A stretch of 64,000 bases of DNA, taken from positions 36,172-100,171 of the IMG/VR virus record IMGVR_UViG_3300028873_000014. One strand, given 5' to 3'. The notes beneath the pieces were generated by a model. It was not told the DNA's origin, ran no database searches, and worked only from the letters and a program-made list of their open reading frames with translations. Numbering within the stretch: position 1 is the stretch's first letter; each line of letters starts with the position of its first letter. Below, piece by piece: positions 11,076-20,994 of this stretch. Made by a program: the position numbers and the translations under genes. Source of the stretch: a virus.

Positions 11076-12053
11076 CTACCTAATTTGTGTACAGGTAGCT
11101 TCAATGTTATAAACTACTGTTGTATATGTACCACTTGTTGTTTGAACAGTCAGGTTTGTACCTGCTTTACATCTGATATGTACAGGTATACCATTATAGG
11201 GAACTGCCCCACCAGCATTTGTAAGAGTTGTAGAAATAGTTCCGGCAAGATTACTAAAGCTGAGATTTTGTACTCTAGCTGTGTTAGTCTCATCTGTATA
11301 GTTTATAGTTACTCCAAAACTAAATAAAGTAGCTGTAGTGATATTAACATTAGCAGAAAGCACATAACTTGCATCTACAGCAGCTACACTACCACTTAAT
11401 ACACCACTTACCGCTGTTATCTGCCCTGTTAATCTATTACCAGCATTTGCAACACTGATGATACCTGTAGCATTAGGTAAGTATTGTATTTGATTACTAC
11501 CAAGTATACTATTCGTTACCGTGACTGAGTTACCTGCACTATTAGTTACATCTATTATTTGCATCCCTGTTTGTGTTATATTCAGAGAGTTGCTTGCAGT
11601 ATCCTGTAAGGATATAATTACAGAGGTTTGTGTGACTTGCATTAATGCAGAAAAATAAGGATTAAACCCATTAGAAGGACCTGCTGCCATATGTATAGCA
11701 GCTTGGGATAAAGCATCTGATGCATAAGTGTGAACAGCATAATAGTATACTCCCTGTGAGTTAGGCACACTCCATACTCGTATATCACCAGACCCATCTC
11801 CTTGAGCAAGATTTTGTCCTATTTGTACAGAACGGTAAGGAGTGCTTCCTGTAGATGGTCCAAAATACATATTATCTGTAGTCTGATTACCTTCAGTAAG
11901 TACTTGTTGTAAGGTTGGGGTACTTGTGCTCCCAGAGGTATTTGTACTAGTAGATATACCATTAACTCTACCTTTTAAGATATTTATGTTCTGTACACAC
12001 CACCATAGTTTTTCCAGAAAACCTTCTGGTGGTGGATTATTAGGATTACCCAT
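11076..12053 (-). CDS. Tail fibre/spike-like protein
   Basis: PTLQQVLTEGN motif; S/T/N/G-rich, beta-rich; located in the structural block. Confidence 0.6.
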   Translation of the reverse strand: MGNPNNPPPEGFLEKLWWCVQNINILKGRVNGISTSTNTSGSTSTPTLQQVLTEGNQTTDNMYFGPSTGSTPYRSVQIGQNLAQGDGSGDIRVWSVPNSQGVYYYAVHTYASDALSQAAIHMAAGPSNGFNPYFSALMQVTQTSVIISLQDTASNSLNITQTGMQIIDVTNSAGNSVTVTNSILGSNQIQYLPNATGIISVANAGNRLTGQITAVSGVLSGSVAAVDASYVLSANVNITTATLFSFGVTINYTDETNTARVQNLSFSNLAGTISTTLTNAGGAVPYNGIPVHIRCKAGTNLTVQTTSGTYTTVVYNIEATCTQIR

Positions 12054-12063
12054 AGTTCAAATT

Positions 12064-13032
12064 TTATAAAGTTGCTGGTGGAAGATAAAATGTTGTTGTG
12101 TTAATGGTACTACCATTTGCCCAGGTAGCTGTAATAGTAAATAGAGTACTCGATGTTAATGGATAACTTGAATTAGTTCTGGTTAGGGTAATAGTATTAT
12201 TCCTTAGTCCTAAAGGGGATTGAGGGAAAGATACTGCCCCCACTACAGAAGTAGCCGGATCAGTGACTGCGAGTGTTACATTATCATAAATTCCAGTACC
12301 TCCACTAAATAAGCTACCTTGTATCCATGATATAGCAAGATTACCTACCAATGCATTATTGTTAACATCCTGTTGGGTTACCTGAAAATTAGATAACACA
12401 AAAGAGGCATGGGATAAAGGAGAACCATTCCAGGGGGCTTTAGTACCAAAATAGAAACCAAAGTATTCAGGTGTAAGTAAGGCATCAAACTGTTGTAATC
12501 CCCCGCCATAGTCGAATTGTGGAGTTACGGCAGTAACTACGATATTAGATATAGAGTATGTGTTAGCAGTTGGTAAGGATATGGCAATTGTGGCACTTGT
12601 ATTAATACTAGCTGCAGGGTATATAAGATTGGTAAAGTTTACAGTAGTGGTTCCGGATGTAGCTCCCGAAGTAGTGGTTAATAAAAAGTTTCCTGATATA
12701 TACGTAGCATAAGGGTTTCCGTATACAGAACTAATAATAGCTTTGTAGTAAGAGTTTTGCCCTGGTTCCGGAATAATTTGTAAACCGAACCCAAGGTAAC
12801 TATTTATACCAAAAGGTTGTCCTGGGGAGTTGTTACCAGAACAGCAATTACTCTGTATGACTCCTTCATAATTAGCAGGAGCAAGTACAGGAATAGTTAC
12901 AGAAGTACTACCTGATGTAGTTCCGGAAGTAGTTGCTGTACTATATATAGGATATCCTTGCTGCCTATACAGGATATTATATCCACAAGCAGGTAAAGGG
13001 GCAGGATTAGTCCAAGTTAAACCTAAGTTCAT
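12064..13032 (-). CDS. FN3-like domain virion/fibre protein, S/T-rich
   Basis: N-terminal LTWTNP...GYNILYRQ FN3 pattern; TTSGTTSGS and TTSGATSGTT repeats. Confidence 0.55.
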   Translation of the reverse strand: MNLGLTWTNPAPLPACGYNILYRQQGYPIYSTATTSGTTSGSTSVTIPVLAPANYEGVIQSNCCSGNNSPGQPFGINSYLGFGLQIIPEPGQNSYYKAIISSVYGNPYATYISGNFLLTTTSGATSGTTTVNFTNLIYPAASINTSATIAISLPTANTYSISNIVVTAVTPQFDYGGGLQQFDALLTPEYFGFYFGTKAPWNGSPLSHASFVLSNFQVTQQDVNNNALVGNLAISWIQGSLFSGGTGIYDNVTLAVTDPATSVVGAVSFPQSPLGLRNNTITLTRTNSSYPLTSSTLFTITATWANGSTINTTTFYLPPATL

Positions 13033-13042
13033 AATCGTTAAT

Positions 13043-13591
13043 TTATGCTAATGTTACTATAATGTTTTGAGGGTCAGGGCAACTTGATAAAATACTAGTA
13101 GTAAATGTATATATAAATGTCTTGGAAAACTGATTGGCTGTAGGAGTAATAGTTAAGTAGTATTGAGTATTAGATGATAGTCCTACAAAAGTATCTGATA
13201 TCAATGTTGTTGGAGATAAAGTATGTGTTGCTATAATCTCCCCGGGAGCACTAAAAAGTGATAGAGTACATACATAATCAGTTATGGAAGCACCTAAATT
13301 ACCAAAGTAATACCCTACCGAACTATTAGTAGGACTGATTACAGGACCGGGGTCAGTAAAGTGAATATCCTGGATAATAGCTGATGTGGGGTTTCCAAGA
13401 GTAGCTGATACATTAACTACCTGTATATCATATAGCGTATTATCTATTCCTACAAAACCTACAGGGGTTGCTGTTCCCCCTGAAGTCTGAAAGGTGGTCC
13501 ATAGAGATGTACCAGATACCCGGTAAAGATATTTGTATGCAGTTGTTCCTGAGTTATTATCTACTGCTACCGTTATTACAAAATTTGCCAT
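13043..13591 (-). CDS. FN3-like domain virion protein
   Basis: YKYLYRVSGTSLW and GLSSNTQYYLTITP FN3 signatures. Confidence 0.6.
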   Translation of the reverse strand: MANFVITVAVDNNSGTTAYKYLYRVSGTSLWTTFQTSGGTATPVGFVGIDNTLYDIQVVNVSATLGNPTSAIIQDIHFTDPGPVISPTNSSVGYYFGNLGASITDYVCTLSLFSAPGEIIATHTLSPTTLISDTFVGLSSNTQYYLTITPTANQFSKTFIYTFTTSILSSCPDPQNIIVTLA

Positions 13592-13616
13592 AATTATATG
13601 ATCTTTAATATTTTTA

Positions 13617-14204
13617 TTAACAAGGTACTGGAGGTAATACGTTTCCTGTTCCTACCTGTATACAACAACCATTAGGGAAAGCCGATACAGGGCATTGACC
13701 ACTAGCTCCAGGTAAGTTATAGATATATGCACCACCTGAAGTAGCAGGAGCACAACACCATGTACTTACAGTAACTATAGGAGTACCCTTAGTTGCCGGA
13801 GGACAAGCAGATACAATATTGCATAAGGTAGCTTGTAAGGAAGCACTTGTACTGATCTGTGATAATACTGTACCAGCTAATGTGTTACACATCTTTTGGA
13901 ACATCGTTGTTACACTATCCCCACTATTAATACCAAAACAGTTGATGCCATTCCCCTGATAGGTAACACAATCTGTATATGTACTATCTACACATGATCC
14001 ACAAGGAATAGGTGTTACAGGATTACCATTACCATCAGTGCACTGACCACTTGGATATCCTAATGAAGGAGGAGTATATGTAGCCCCCGGGGGGCAACAC
14101 TGGCATAATACAGGTGCCGGAGTTATAGAATAATCAGGAGGACAGTTACAACTCTGCCCATTCGCACAATTATTACAAGGATATGAATTATTACAGTTAC
14201 ACAT
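13617..14204 (-). CDS. Cys-rich fibre/adaptor protein
   Basis: Very Cys-rich (MCNCNNSYPCNNC...). The C..S/T.CV...G segment resembles the N-terminus of 15410-16078. Confidence 0.55.
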   Translation of the reverse strand: MCNCNNSYPCNNCANGQSCNCPPDYSITPAPVLCQCCPPGATYTPPSLGYPSGQCTDGNGNPVTPIPCGSCVDSTYTDCVTYQGNGINCFGINSGDSVTTMFQKMCNTLAGTVLSQISTSASLQATLCNIVSACPPATKGTPIVTVSTWCCAPATSGGAYIYNLPGASGQCPVSAFPNGCCIQVGTGNVLPPVPC

Positions 14205-14211
14205 AGTAAGT

Positions 14212-15408
14212 TTATCTAAAAGTGATTATGTCAATATTTGCTGTTCCTGCTACAGAAATAGCCTGACCAAAGTTTATAACTACCCCACCAAGTATATATG
14301 AAAAATACGGTGCTTTACTAAGTATATATGTAGCATCGTAATTATCCTTAGCAACTATAGTAGCAAACCTTGGAGTGTAGGATAATCCGCTAACAGCAGT
14401 TATAGCAGTAGTTCCTGATGTAACTGGTTGGTTATAGTTAGTTACGTCATACCCAATTCCCCCCGGAGTAGAACTTGCAGTGTATAGGGTTTCGATCACT
14501 ACCTTACTGCAACTTTGACCTGTAGTGGGGTTACTAACATTAGAAGTAACCTGAACTGTATAAGAACTGGATGTTGGAGAAAGAGTAGTTCCAGAAGTAG
14601 ATATACTAATAGGAGTATTGGATAAAGAAGCTGCTGTAATACTAAAGGCTTGTTGATAATTATTACCAGAAGCATCGGTAATTTTTATCTGGGATTGATT
14701 CTGACTATCCCCAAAACCAGTAGGTATGAATGTGTACCCATTGAAGTATAGGTTAATAACAGGTCCTGATATCAATACTGCCTGGTATGCAACTTTAACC
14801 TGAGCACAAGTAGGAGTAATAGCAGCAAGGGCATTTGTGATACCTGCCCTTGCGTCCCCATATGCTATCCATTGGTTACTTTCAGAAGCAGCAATAGTAG
14901 TAGGATTAGTATTCCACCCCGATAGCCCTGACATAGTACTATTCTGTGAAAAGGCAGGTAAACTATTAAGATTTGTTGGTTGTGCAGCAATTGCCTGGGA
15001 AAGTGCTGTAGTAGTACCAAGAACATTGTTATACCCACATATATTAGCAACTGCATTTGCAACTACAACATTTATAGGAAGTACCTGGTTAACAGGACTA
15101 CTTAAACATCCTGCATTAACCTGTGGTATAGCAGTTGCACCAGAAGTTTGTATAGCAAGTACAGATGCTTGCAGGGTAGTAATTTCAGTGTTATATGTAT
15201 TAAGTAATGCAACTACCTGGTTATAATTATCGATCTGAGTACTAAGAGAAGCACCTATTAATGATATATATCCTGTAGTGGGGCTATCTGCAGGATATCC
15301 TACTGGATAAAGTTGCGTAACAATGTTGCCATTACTATCCTGGAATCTAAGATTCTTAGAAAGTTGTAAAGGAAAATTAGATACATATTGAGGAGGTGTA
15401 TTGTTCAT
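14212..15408 (-). CDS. Tail fibre-like protein with coiled coil
   Basis: Heptad segment (YNQVVALLNTYNTEITTLQASV); S/T-rich with TSG motifs. Confidence 0.55.
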   Translation of the reverse strand: MNNTPPQYVSNFPLQLSKNLRFQDSNGNIVTQLYPVGYPADSPTTGYISLIGASLSTQIDNYNQVVALLNTYNTEITTLQASVLAIQTSGATAIPQVNAGCLSSPVNQVLPINVVVANAVANICGYNNVLGTTTALSQAIAAQPTNLNSLPAFSQNSTMSGLSGWNTNPTTIAASESNQWIAYGDARAGITNALAAITPTCAQVKVAYQAVLISGPVINLYFNGYTFIPTGFGDSQNQSQIKITDASGNNYQQAFSITAASLSNTPISISTSGTTLSPTSSSYTVQVTSNVSNPTTGQSCSKVVIETLYTASSTPGGIGYDVTNYNQPVTSGTTAITAVSGLSYTPRFATIVAKDNYDATYILSKAPYFSYILGGVVINFGQAISVAGTANIDIITFR

Positions 15409-15409
15409 A

Positions 15410-16078
15410 TTAAGTTAGATTAAAAGTTATAGCACCAAGTGTTATAGGATAGTTGTATGAAATATTTGAAGGAGGCCCATCATAGTTTATCAAAACTTGC
15501 AGTAGTCCTCCAGGGTTTATAATAGCATAGAATCTAAGATATAAATAACTATTCTGTTGTCCTGGGTTAGGTATAGCAATAGAGTCTATTAGTCTTACCT
15601 GTGCTTTAGTAAATGTAGTTGGTAAACAGCTTGTTGAAACTGTACACAAGTTTATTAAAACATCCCCAACACTTCCAGATCCTACCCCGGGGTAAATAGT
15701 ATTAAAGTTTATATCGAAACACCCCCGTAATTTCAGGTCCCCCTCATTAGTGAACTTATACATAGGGTTATCACAAGTCACACCTAAAAAAGCACCACTA
15801 TCCGTAAAGAAATTCTGTAATCCAAATAATGACCATGTGCAATTTGCCCCTGCACCAGAAGTAGGAATACCTGCACTAAAGTCTTTCCATCCTGCAGCAG
15901 CACAAGGTCCTGTAGTATTTGAGCTATTAACAAGTGTTACCAGACTATTTAATACATCTGTTATAGAAGCACCTGCACATAAGTTTAACCCTGGCAATTG
16001 GGTACTGAGTATGACACAATTTGACCCAATAGGATCAGGACAACTTTTGCTGGTAATATTAGTAGTTACAGGTTCCAT
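15410..16078 (-). CDS. Short tail fibre-like protein
   Basis: N-terminal CPDPIGSNCV...LCAGASITDVL segment and C-terminal PMYKFTNEGDLKLRG head-like domain. Confidence 0.55.
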   Translation of the reverse strand: MEPVTTNITSKSCPDPIGSNCVILSTQLPGLNLCAGASITDVLNSLVTLVNSSNTTGPCAAAGWKDFSAGIPTSGAGANCTWSLFGLQNFFTDSGAFLGVTCDNPMYKFTNEGDLKLRGCFDINFNTIYPGVGSGSVGDVLINLCTVSTSCLPTTFTKAQVRLIDSIAIPNPGQQNSYLYLRFYAIINPGGLLQVLINYDGPPSNISYNYPITLGAITFNLT

Positions 16079-16123
16079 AATTTTATTTTATAATCAACAT
16101 TTTTATTTATAACCAAGCTGTTG

Positions 16124-17173
16124 TTAAGGTCTCATAAACCACAATACAAGTGCTGAACCAAATATAACTGTTATTACTTGCGATGCATTACATCCTACTC
16201 CTGTAGTAGTATATCTAACAGTTGTAGTTCCAGCGGATACTCCAGTAACTATTCCAGATGAAGATCCTACTGTTGCGATAGCTGTATTATCTATACCCCA
16301 TCCTCCACCTGTAACTCCAGGACTGATAGCAAGTGCAGATGTTCCAGTTCCGGATATAGTAAAAGTTCCAGTAATAACTGGAGTTGCGTTATCTGTTAAT
16401 GTTTGAGTTGTTGAACAATGCGAGCCGGATGCTGTATATGTTATTGTGCTAGTTCCTGTAGATACTCCTGTTACTAACCCAGATGTTGAATTTACAGTTA
16501 TGTGTGCGCTACTGCTTGCCCATGTACCACCTGTAAAACCAGATGATAATGTAGTTGTAGATGTCCCGCAAATTATAAATGATGTTCCTGTAATAACAGG
16601 GTTAACTAGAAACGAAGTGGTTATAGTACATCCAGATGCATTATATGTAATAACAGTAGTTCCAGATGATACACCATAAATAATTCCTGTTGTTGCTCCT
16701 GATGTAGCTACTGTAGTATTACTACTACTCCAAGTTCCACCTAATGTTGCATCAGATAATGTAGTTGTGAAGCCAGAACAAACTGATGCTGTTCCAGTTA
16801 TAGGATCGGGTGTAGGATTTACAGTTAAGTTACCTGTATATCCATCATCTTCATAAGAACTCTCTGTATAATTAAAAACCCCTGTTTCGGTAACAACTAC
16901 CTGATAAAAATTACCGTTGTCGCTATATGGTACAGATGTTAATGAATAAGTTGTATTTGTAGCACCAGTAAGATTGCTAAATGTACTTCCGCCATCTAAT
17001 GATAGTTGCCATTGGTAGGTAAGTACATCTCCACCAACTATAGGACTTGCCGTTACTACGTAGGATGCATTTTGTCCAGCACAAATAGTTACATCTCCAG
17101 AAAATGAAGTAATAACCTGGGCTGATACAGACCCACTAAGGCACAATAGTAATATGAATAGTTTTAGTCTCAT
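16124..17173 (-). CDS. Signal-peptide-bearing Ig-like (Big_2-type) repeat protein
   Basis: MRLKLFILLLCLSGSVSA|Q signal. One I-set-like Ig (LTYQWQLSLDGG...YQVVVT) followed by three repeats of ITG....C...T.TLS....GGTW.SS...ATV...G.VTGVS.GT..ITY. Confidence 0.75.
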   Translation of the reverse strand: MRLKLFILLLCLSGSVSAQVITSFSGDVTICAGQNASYVVTASPIVGGDVLTYQWQLSLDGGSTFSNLTGATNTTYSLTSVPYSDNGNFYQVVVTETGVFNYTESSYEDDGYTGNLTVNPTPDPITGTASVCSGFTTTLSDATLGGTWSSSNTTVATSGATTGIIYGVSSGTTVITYNASGCTITTSFLVNPVITGTSFIICGTSTTTLSSGFTGGTWASSSAHITVNSTSGLVTGVSTGTSTITYTASGSHCSTTQTLTDNATPVITGTFTISGTGTSALAISPGVTGGGWGIDNTAIATVGSSSGIVTGVSAGTTTVRYTTTGVGCNASQVITVIFGSALVLWFMRP

Positions 17174-19545
17174 TAGTATGTCGTATAAAGTTGACCAACC
17201 GCAAAAAATTCGCTATTATTAGCATTGTATATCCACTGCTGAGTGATAACCTGCCCTATTACCGTTGTGGCTGCTGGTGTCAATGCGGTAGGCGATACCC
17301 CCGGTTTAAACTTAGTTCCGTAAGTGATCGCTCTTGCGGTTCCGTTGTCTTGGTAGGTGATAAATAATGCCTGATTGTTCTGCCAGCTCCCTGCAGGATT
17401 GTTTACCGTAATGGCTCCCGATGCTGCATTTATTTCATAGCTGATGGGGATCACCCTATTTGCGACTGCCGAATAGGGGGTAAGGCTTGCCACGTAGGCA
17501 ACACTACTGTCGGGTGAGGTAATTGAGATCACACCACCCGAAATATTTATCGGGTACGTACTGGTATATGTCGTTGGGGCTGTTCCGCTTGATGCCGATG
17601 TTACCCGTCCTTTAGAATCTACAGTAACTGTAGAATAGGTATATGTGGCAGGTGAGGCGTTTACGGTAACTATCGTGGGGTTTGGATAAGACCCCGTTAA
17701 ATCACCTCCTGCTGTACCTGAGGGTGCCGCTGTAATGGTATTGTTTGATCCATAGGTAATAGGGGTAGCGTTAACACTTGTTGCTGTAGTGGCGTTTGTA
17801 CCACCATATCCTATGTCTAATTTAGTTCCCTGCCATGTACCAGTCCCAATAGTTCCTACACTTGTTAAAGAAGAGGTTACCACAGTCGGGTTAAGTGTCG
17901 TTGTTGTTAATGTATTCGCTGATGCTGTTATAGTATAAGCATTACCCGTTGTCATTGGGGTAGTATTTACGGTTAGTGTTTGTGCTGCCGGAGCGATGTT
18001 AACAGTAGTTACCGATGTTACTCTACCTTGCGCATCTGTAGTTATTTCAGGTATCGTCGTACTACTTCCATAAGTTCCAGATGTTCCTACAGACGGCATA
18101 GATATCGTACCGGATGTAGTAATAGTTCCTCCAGATAACCCAGTTCCTGCTGTTATGCTAGTTACAGTACCACTTGCAGGGTTTACCCAAACATATCCAG
18201 TTCCACCAGTATTAACTTCAAGCATTTGGTTCGCACTACCAATGGGTATTTCTCCATAAACTGTCGATGAAGTTGCATAAGGAATAGCATATTGCGTTGT
18301 AGTTGATTTATTCAATCCTCCATTTGCTGTAGGTAAAATTCCTGTAACGCTAGTAACCAAAGATACAGGGGCAACATTAATAGCTTGGGTCATTGTATTA
18401 TATGTCAAACCTGTTCCTATTTGTATCTCCTGATATGCTGTAGTATTACCAGAACCTAAGAGAACTTCATTAGTTGATGCTGGTTGTAATTTAGCATAAG
18501 TTACTGCATTATTAGCAATATCCCCTGTAACAACTTGTCCCCAGGATGGATTACCTGAAGCATTGCCGTGTAAAAGAGTTGTATTAGTTCCCTGATTATT
18601 AAATAATGATGATGCTAATATAGGACTAAAATATGAAGGAGCACCGGATGACGTTCCCCCTAAGATAGTATTGGCTGATATTGGAGTTAGTGAATAAGAT
18701 ATGACAGGGGTAGTCGTACTTGTTGTTACAGATGATGTAAATACCGGAGATAAGTTCCCGGATGAAACACTTGTTACTGTACCAGATCCACCTGATGTTA
18801 TACTATATGATGTTACTCCGGTTATTTGACCCTGAGCATTTACCGTATACCCAGGTATAGAAGTAGAACTACCATAAGTACCGGGAGTTACAGTAGTATT
18901 GGTTATAGCTACTGAATAAGAAGGTGTTCCAGATAAAGATTGCGAAGTATTACCACTTACCGTTATACCATTACCTGCAGTCACATTCATACTTCCTATA
19001 GGAGTAGCACTGATAGTATTGTTAGACCCATAAGTTATAGGTGTAGTATTGATACTTGTTTGCACAGAGCTATTAGTTCCCCCATTAGCAATAGGAAGTA
19101 TGCCAATAACCCCTGTAGTTAATGGTAATCCTGTTTCGTTAGTACCAACTAAAGCAGATGGGGTTCCTAAGTTCCATGTTCCGGGTAATATACCATTGGT
19201 ATATAACGATAAAACTGGTGTAGTTCCTCCAGTGCTGTTTATCTGGTTAGTAGTTCCGGACACACTAGTTACTCCACTCCCTCCCCCACTACCAGTATAC
19301 CATGCCCCATTAGAATAGTAGTAAAAAGTATTGTTGCTGCTATTTATATAAACCAGGCCATTTGTAACCCCATTACAAGATAAGGTTCCTACAGAAGGAA
19401 CTGATGCATACACAGGTATACCAAGACCTAAAGAAAACGTTCCTCTATTCCAGGTATTACCATAGTTAGAAGAAGGCAAACAAGGTTGCTGCCCCTTTAC
19501 AAAACAGGATATGAAAAGTAATATGATAATTAAGTAGTATCTCAT
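17173..19545 (-). CDS. Signal-peptide-bearing tail-fibre/adhesin-like repeat protein
   Basis: MRYYLIIILLFISCFVKG|Q signal. Repeats GTVTSV, GILPxANGG, GTYGSSTxIP..TxxAQGxxT and AGGDLTGSYPNPT; C-terminal QDNGTARAITY fibre-tip-like domain. Confidence 0.7.
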   Translation of the reverse strand: MRYYLIIILLFISCFVKGQQPCLPSSNYGNTWNRGTFSLGLGIPVYASVPSVGTLSCNGVTNGLVYINSSNNTFYYYSNGAWYTGSGGGSGVTSVSGTTNQINSTGGTTPVLSLYTNGILPGTWNLGTPSALVGTNETGLPLTTGVIGILPIANGGTNSSVQTSINTTPITYGSNNTISATPIGSMNVTAGNGITVSGNTSQSLSGTPSYSVAITNTTVTPGTYGSSTSIPGYTVNAQGQITGVTSYSITSGGSGTVTSVSSGNLSPVFTSSVTTSTTTPVISYSLTPISANTILGGTSSGAPSYFSPILASSLFNNQGTNTTLLHGNASGNPSWGQVVTGDIANNAVTYAKLQPASTNEVLLGSGNTTAYQEIQIGTGLTYNTMTQAINVAPVSLVTSVTGILPTANGGLNKSTTTQYAIPYATSSTVYGEIPIGSANQMLEVNTGGTGYVWVNPASGTVTSITAGTGLSGGTITTSGTISMPSVGTSGTYGSSTTIPEITTDAQGRVTSVTTVNIAPAAQTLTVNTTPMTTGNAYTITASANTLTTTTLNPTVVTSSLTSVGTIGTGTWQGTKLDIGYGGTNATTATSVNATPITYGSNNTITAAPSGTAGGDLTGSYPNPTIVTVNASPATYTYSTVTVDSKGRVTSASSGTAPTTYTSTYPINISGGVISITSPDSSVAYVASLTPYSAVANRVIPISYEINAASGAITVNNPAGSWQNNQALFITYQDNGTARAITYGTKFKPGVSPTALTPAATTVIGQVITQQWIYNANNSEFFAVGQLYTTY

Positions 19546-20153
19546 TAGTATGCTGTAATTGTATATGTCTCTGTTGTGTTAAATAATCTTCCTCCAAGTA
19601 ATGTAATACCTCCTGTAGTGCTATTGAAAGAATAGTCTACAGTATTAGTTAACGGTCCATATCCCGAAAGTTCTATAGATACTGACTTACCTTCCAGTAA
19701 TGGTAATCCTGTAGTACTGTTAATCGGTAAAAATGTACTAGACCCATTAATAGGACCACCTACATTACCTACAGTAAATTGTTCTATAATCAATGATGAA
19801 ACAGGAGTATTAGGTGAAGGTAAAACTACCTGAACACTTTGTAAGTTAACATTCTGTATAGGGTTATAGCAACCCTTACTCTCATAGGCACTATCTACCT
19901 GGGGGAATGGCGACCCTCCATAAACAGGATAAGCAATGATATTTACGATAGTATTCTGTGCAATTTTACAAAGAGTGTTTTGACAATCAGATTCTTTCTG
20001 CCAATCAGCAAGTACTTTCTTTCGATTAATAGCATAATAGGAAACAGGATCATAACCAACCTTAACCCCCCATTCTCCTGCCATATACATAGCAAAATAG
20101 AGACTGGTGTAGTCACTGTTAATTGATCGTAACTCTTTCCTATAATTATCCAC
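19545..20153 (-). CDS. Tail hub-like structural protein
   Basis: Synteny after the hub and small Cys-rich genes; beta-rich C-terminus. Confidence 0.45.
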   Translation of the reverse strand: MDNYRKELRSINSDYTSLYFAMYMAGEWGVKVGYDPVSYYAINRKKVLADWQKESDCQNTLCKIAQNTIVNIIAYPVYGGSPFPQVDSAYESKGCYNPIQNVNLQSVQVVLPSPNTPVSSLIIEQFTVGNVGGPINGSSTFLPINSTTGLPLLEGKSVSIELSGYGPLTNTVDYSFNSTTGGITLLGGRLFNTTETYTITAY

Positions 20154-20358
20154 TGTTTCTATTCTTTAAAAGTTGTTCTATACTTTGTATCAAACTCTGT
20201 TGCATACTAACGTTTTGTGTACTTTGTACTATAGCTTGTGAACTTCTTTCTACTCCTGTGTAGCACTTACTACAGCATTTAATTCCTGAACTGGTAGTCA
20301 TTTCTCTACAACCTGTACAACTGCAACAATCAGTTCGGCAACTCGGACACAATGCCAT
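20146..20358 (-). CDS. Small Cys-rich (zinc-binding-like) protein
   Basis: CPSC..DCCSC.GC.......KCCSKC; translationally coupled to its neighbours. Confidence 0.6.
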   Translation of the reverse strand: MALCPSCRTDCCSCTGCREMTTSSGIKCCSKCYTGVERSSQAIVQSTQNVSMQQSLIQSIEQLLKNRNSG

Positions 20359-20361
20359 ATA

Positions 20362-20925
20362 CTAATAATTTACACAATTTGGTTTACGCCTACTCATCTT
20401 TTCCATAAGAGCCAATGCATAACGGTATTGATTAATACCGTCTTCGCACTGGTGTTTATCATTCACATTTACCTGTCCACTGATTAAGTAGTTACGTATA
20501 GTATCTATATTCTTAAGATAATACTCTGTTTCTGTATCAGGTAAACAATCCCCGAGATCAACTTCACACAAAAGATGGTTTAGCCTATTTATAGCATGGG
20601 TGATCCTAAGGTATTGATACTCTACCCATACCTGAGTATTGGGGGAAACAGAATATCGCAGGTTATATATGCCATCTGGCAGATTAGGGCATATATCATT
20701 ACATCCCCCGGGAGCAGCTACTCCTATAGTACAGGCATTAAGTACTAAACGAAAGTTCTGTTGGGTAATACTGATTATAGTAGGTGTGCCATAACCAGGA
20801 GGGGTTATCTGTAGGTTCTGACAGGTTACAGGAATATTAGCAGCATATATAGAAATATCCTCTACAATGAAAATACCTTCATTGTATACCGGAGGAACTT
20901 CAAGTTGTAAGATATGTTTTGCCAC
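20362..20925 (-). CDS. Tail hub protein (crAss-like)
   Basis: LQITPPGY and NLPDGIYNLRYSVSPN motifs; follows the auxiliary capsid gene. Confidence 0.65.
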   Translation of the reverse strand: MAKHILQLEVPPVYNEGIFIVEDISIYAANIPVTCQNLQITPPGYGTPTIISITQQNFRLVLNACTIGVAAPGGCNDICPNLPDGIYNLRYSVSPNTQVWVEYQYLRITHAINRLNHLLCEVDLGDCLPDTETEYYLKNIDTIRNYLISGQVNVNDKHQCEDGINQYRYALALMEKMSRRKPNCVNY

Positions 20926-20942
20926 TATTTTTAGAAATTAAA

Positions 20943-20975
20943 AGAGGGAAAAGGAGTTTTTATCCTTCTCCCTCT
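20943..20975 (-). terminator. Intrinsic terminator after auxiliary capsid gene
   Basis: Minus-strand stem AGAGGGAGAAGGA/TCCTTTTCCCTCT followed by a T run. Confidence 0.75.
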
Positions 20976-20994
20976 GTTTATAAATACTTACTTT

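Noticed and set aside
11076-19545. Diversity-generating retroelement or invertase shuffling of fibres
   Set aside because: No reverse transcriptase, recombinase or TR/VR repeat pair was seen in the window.
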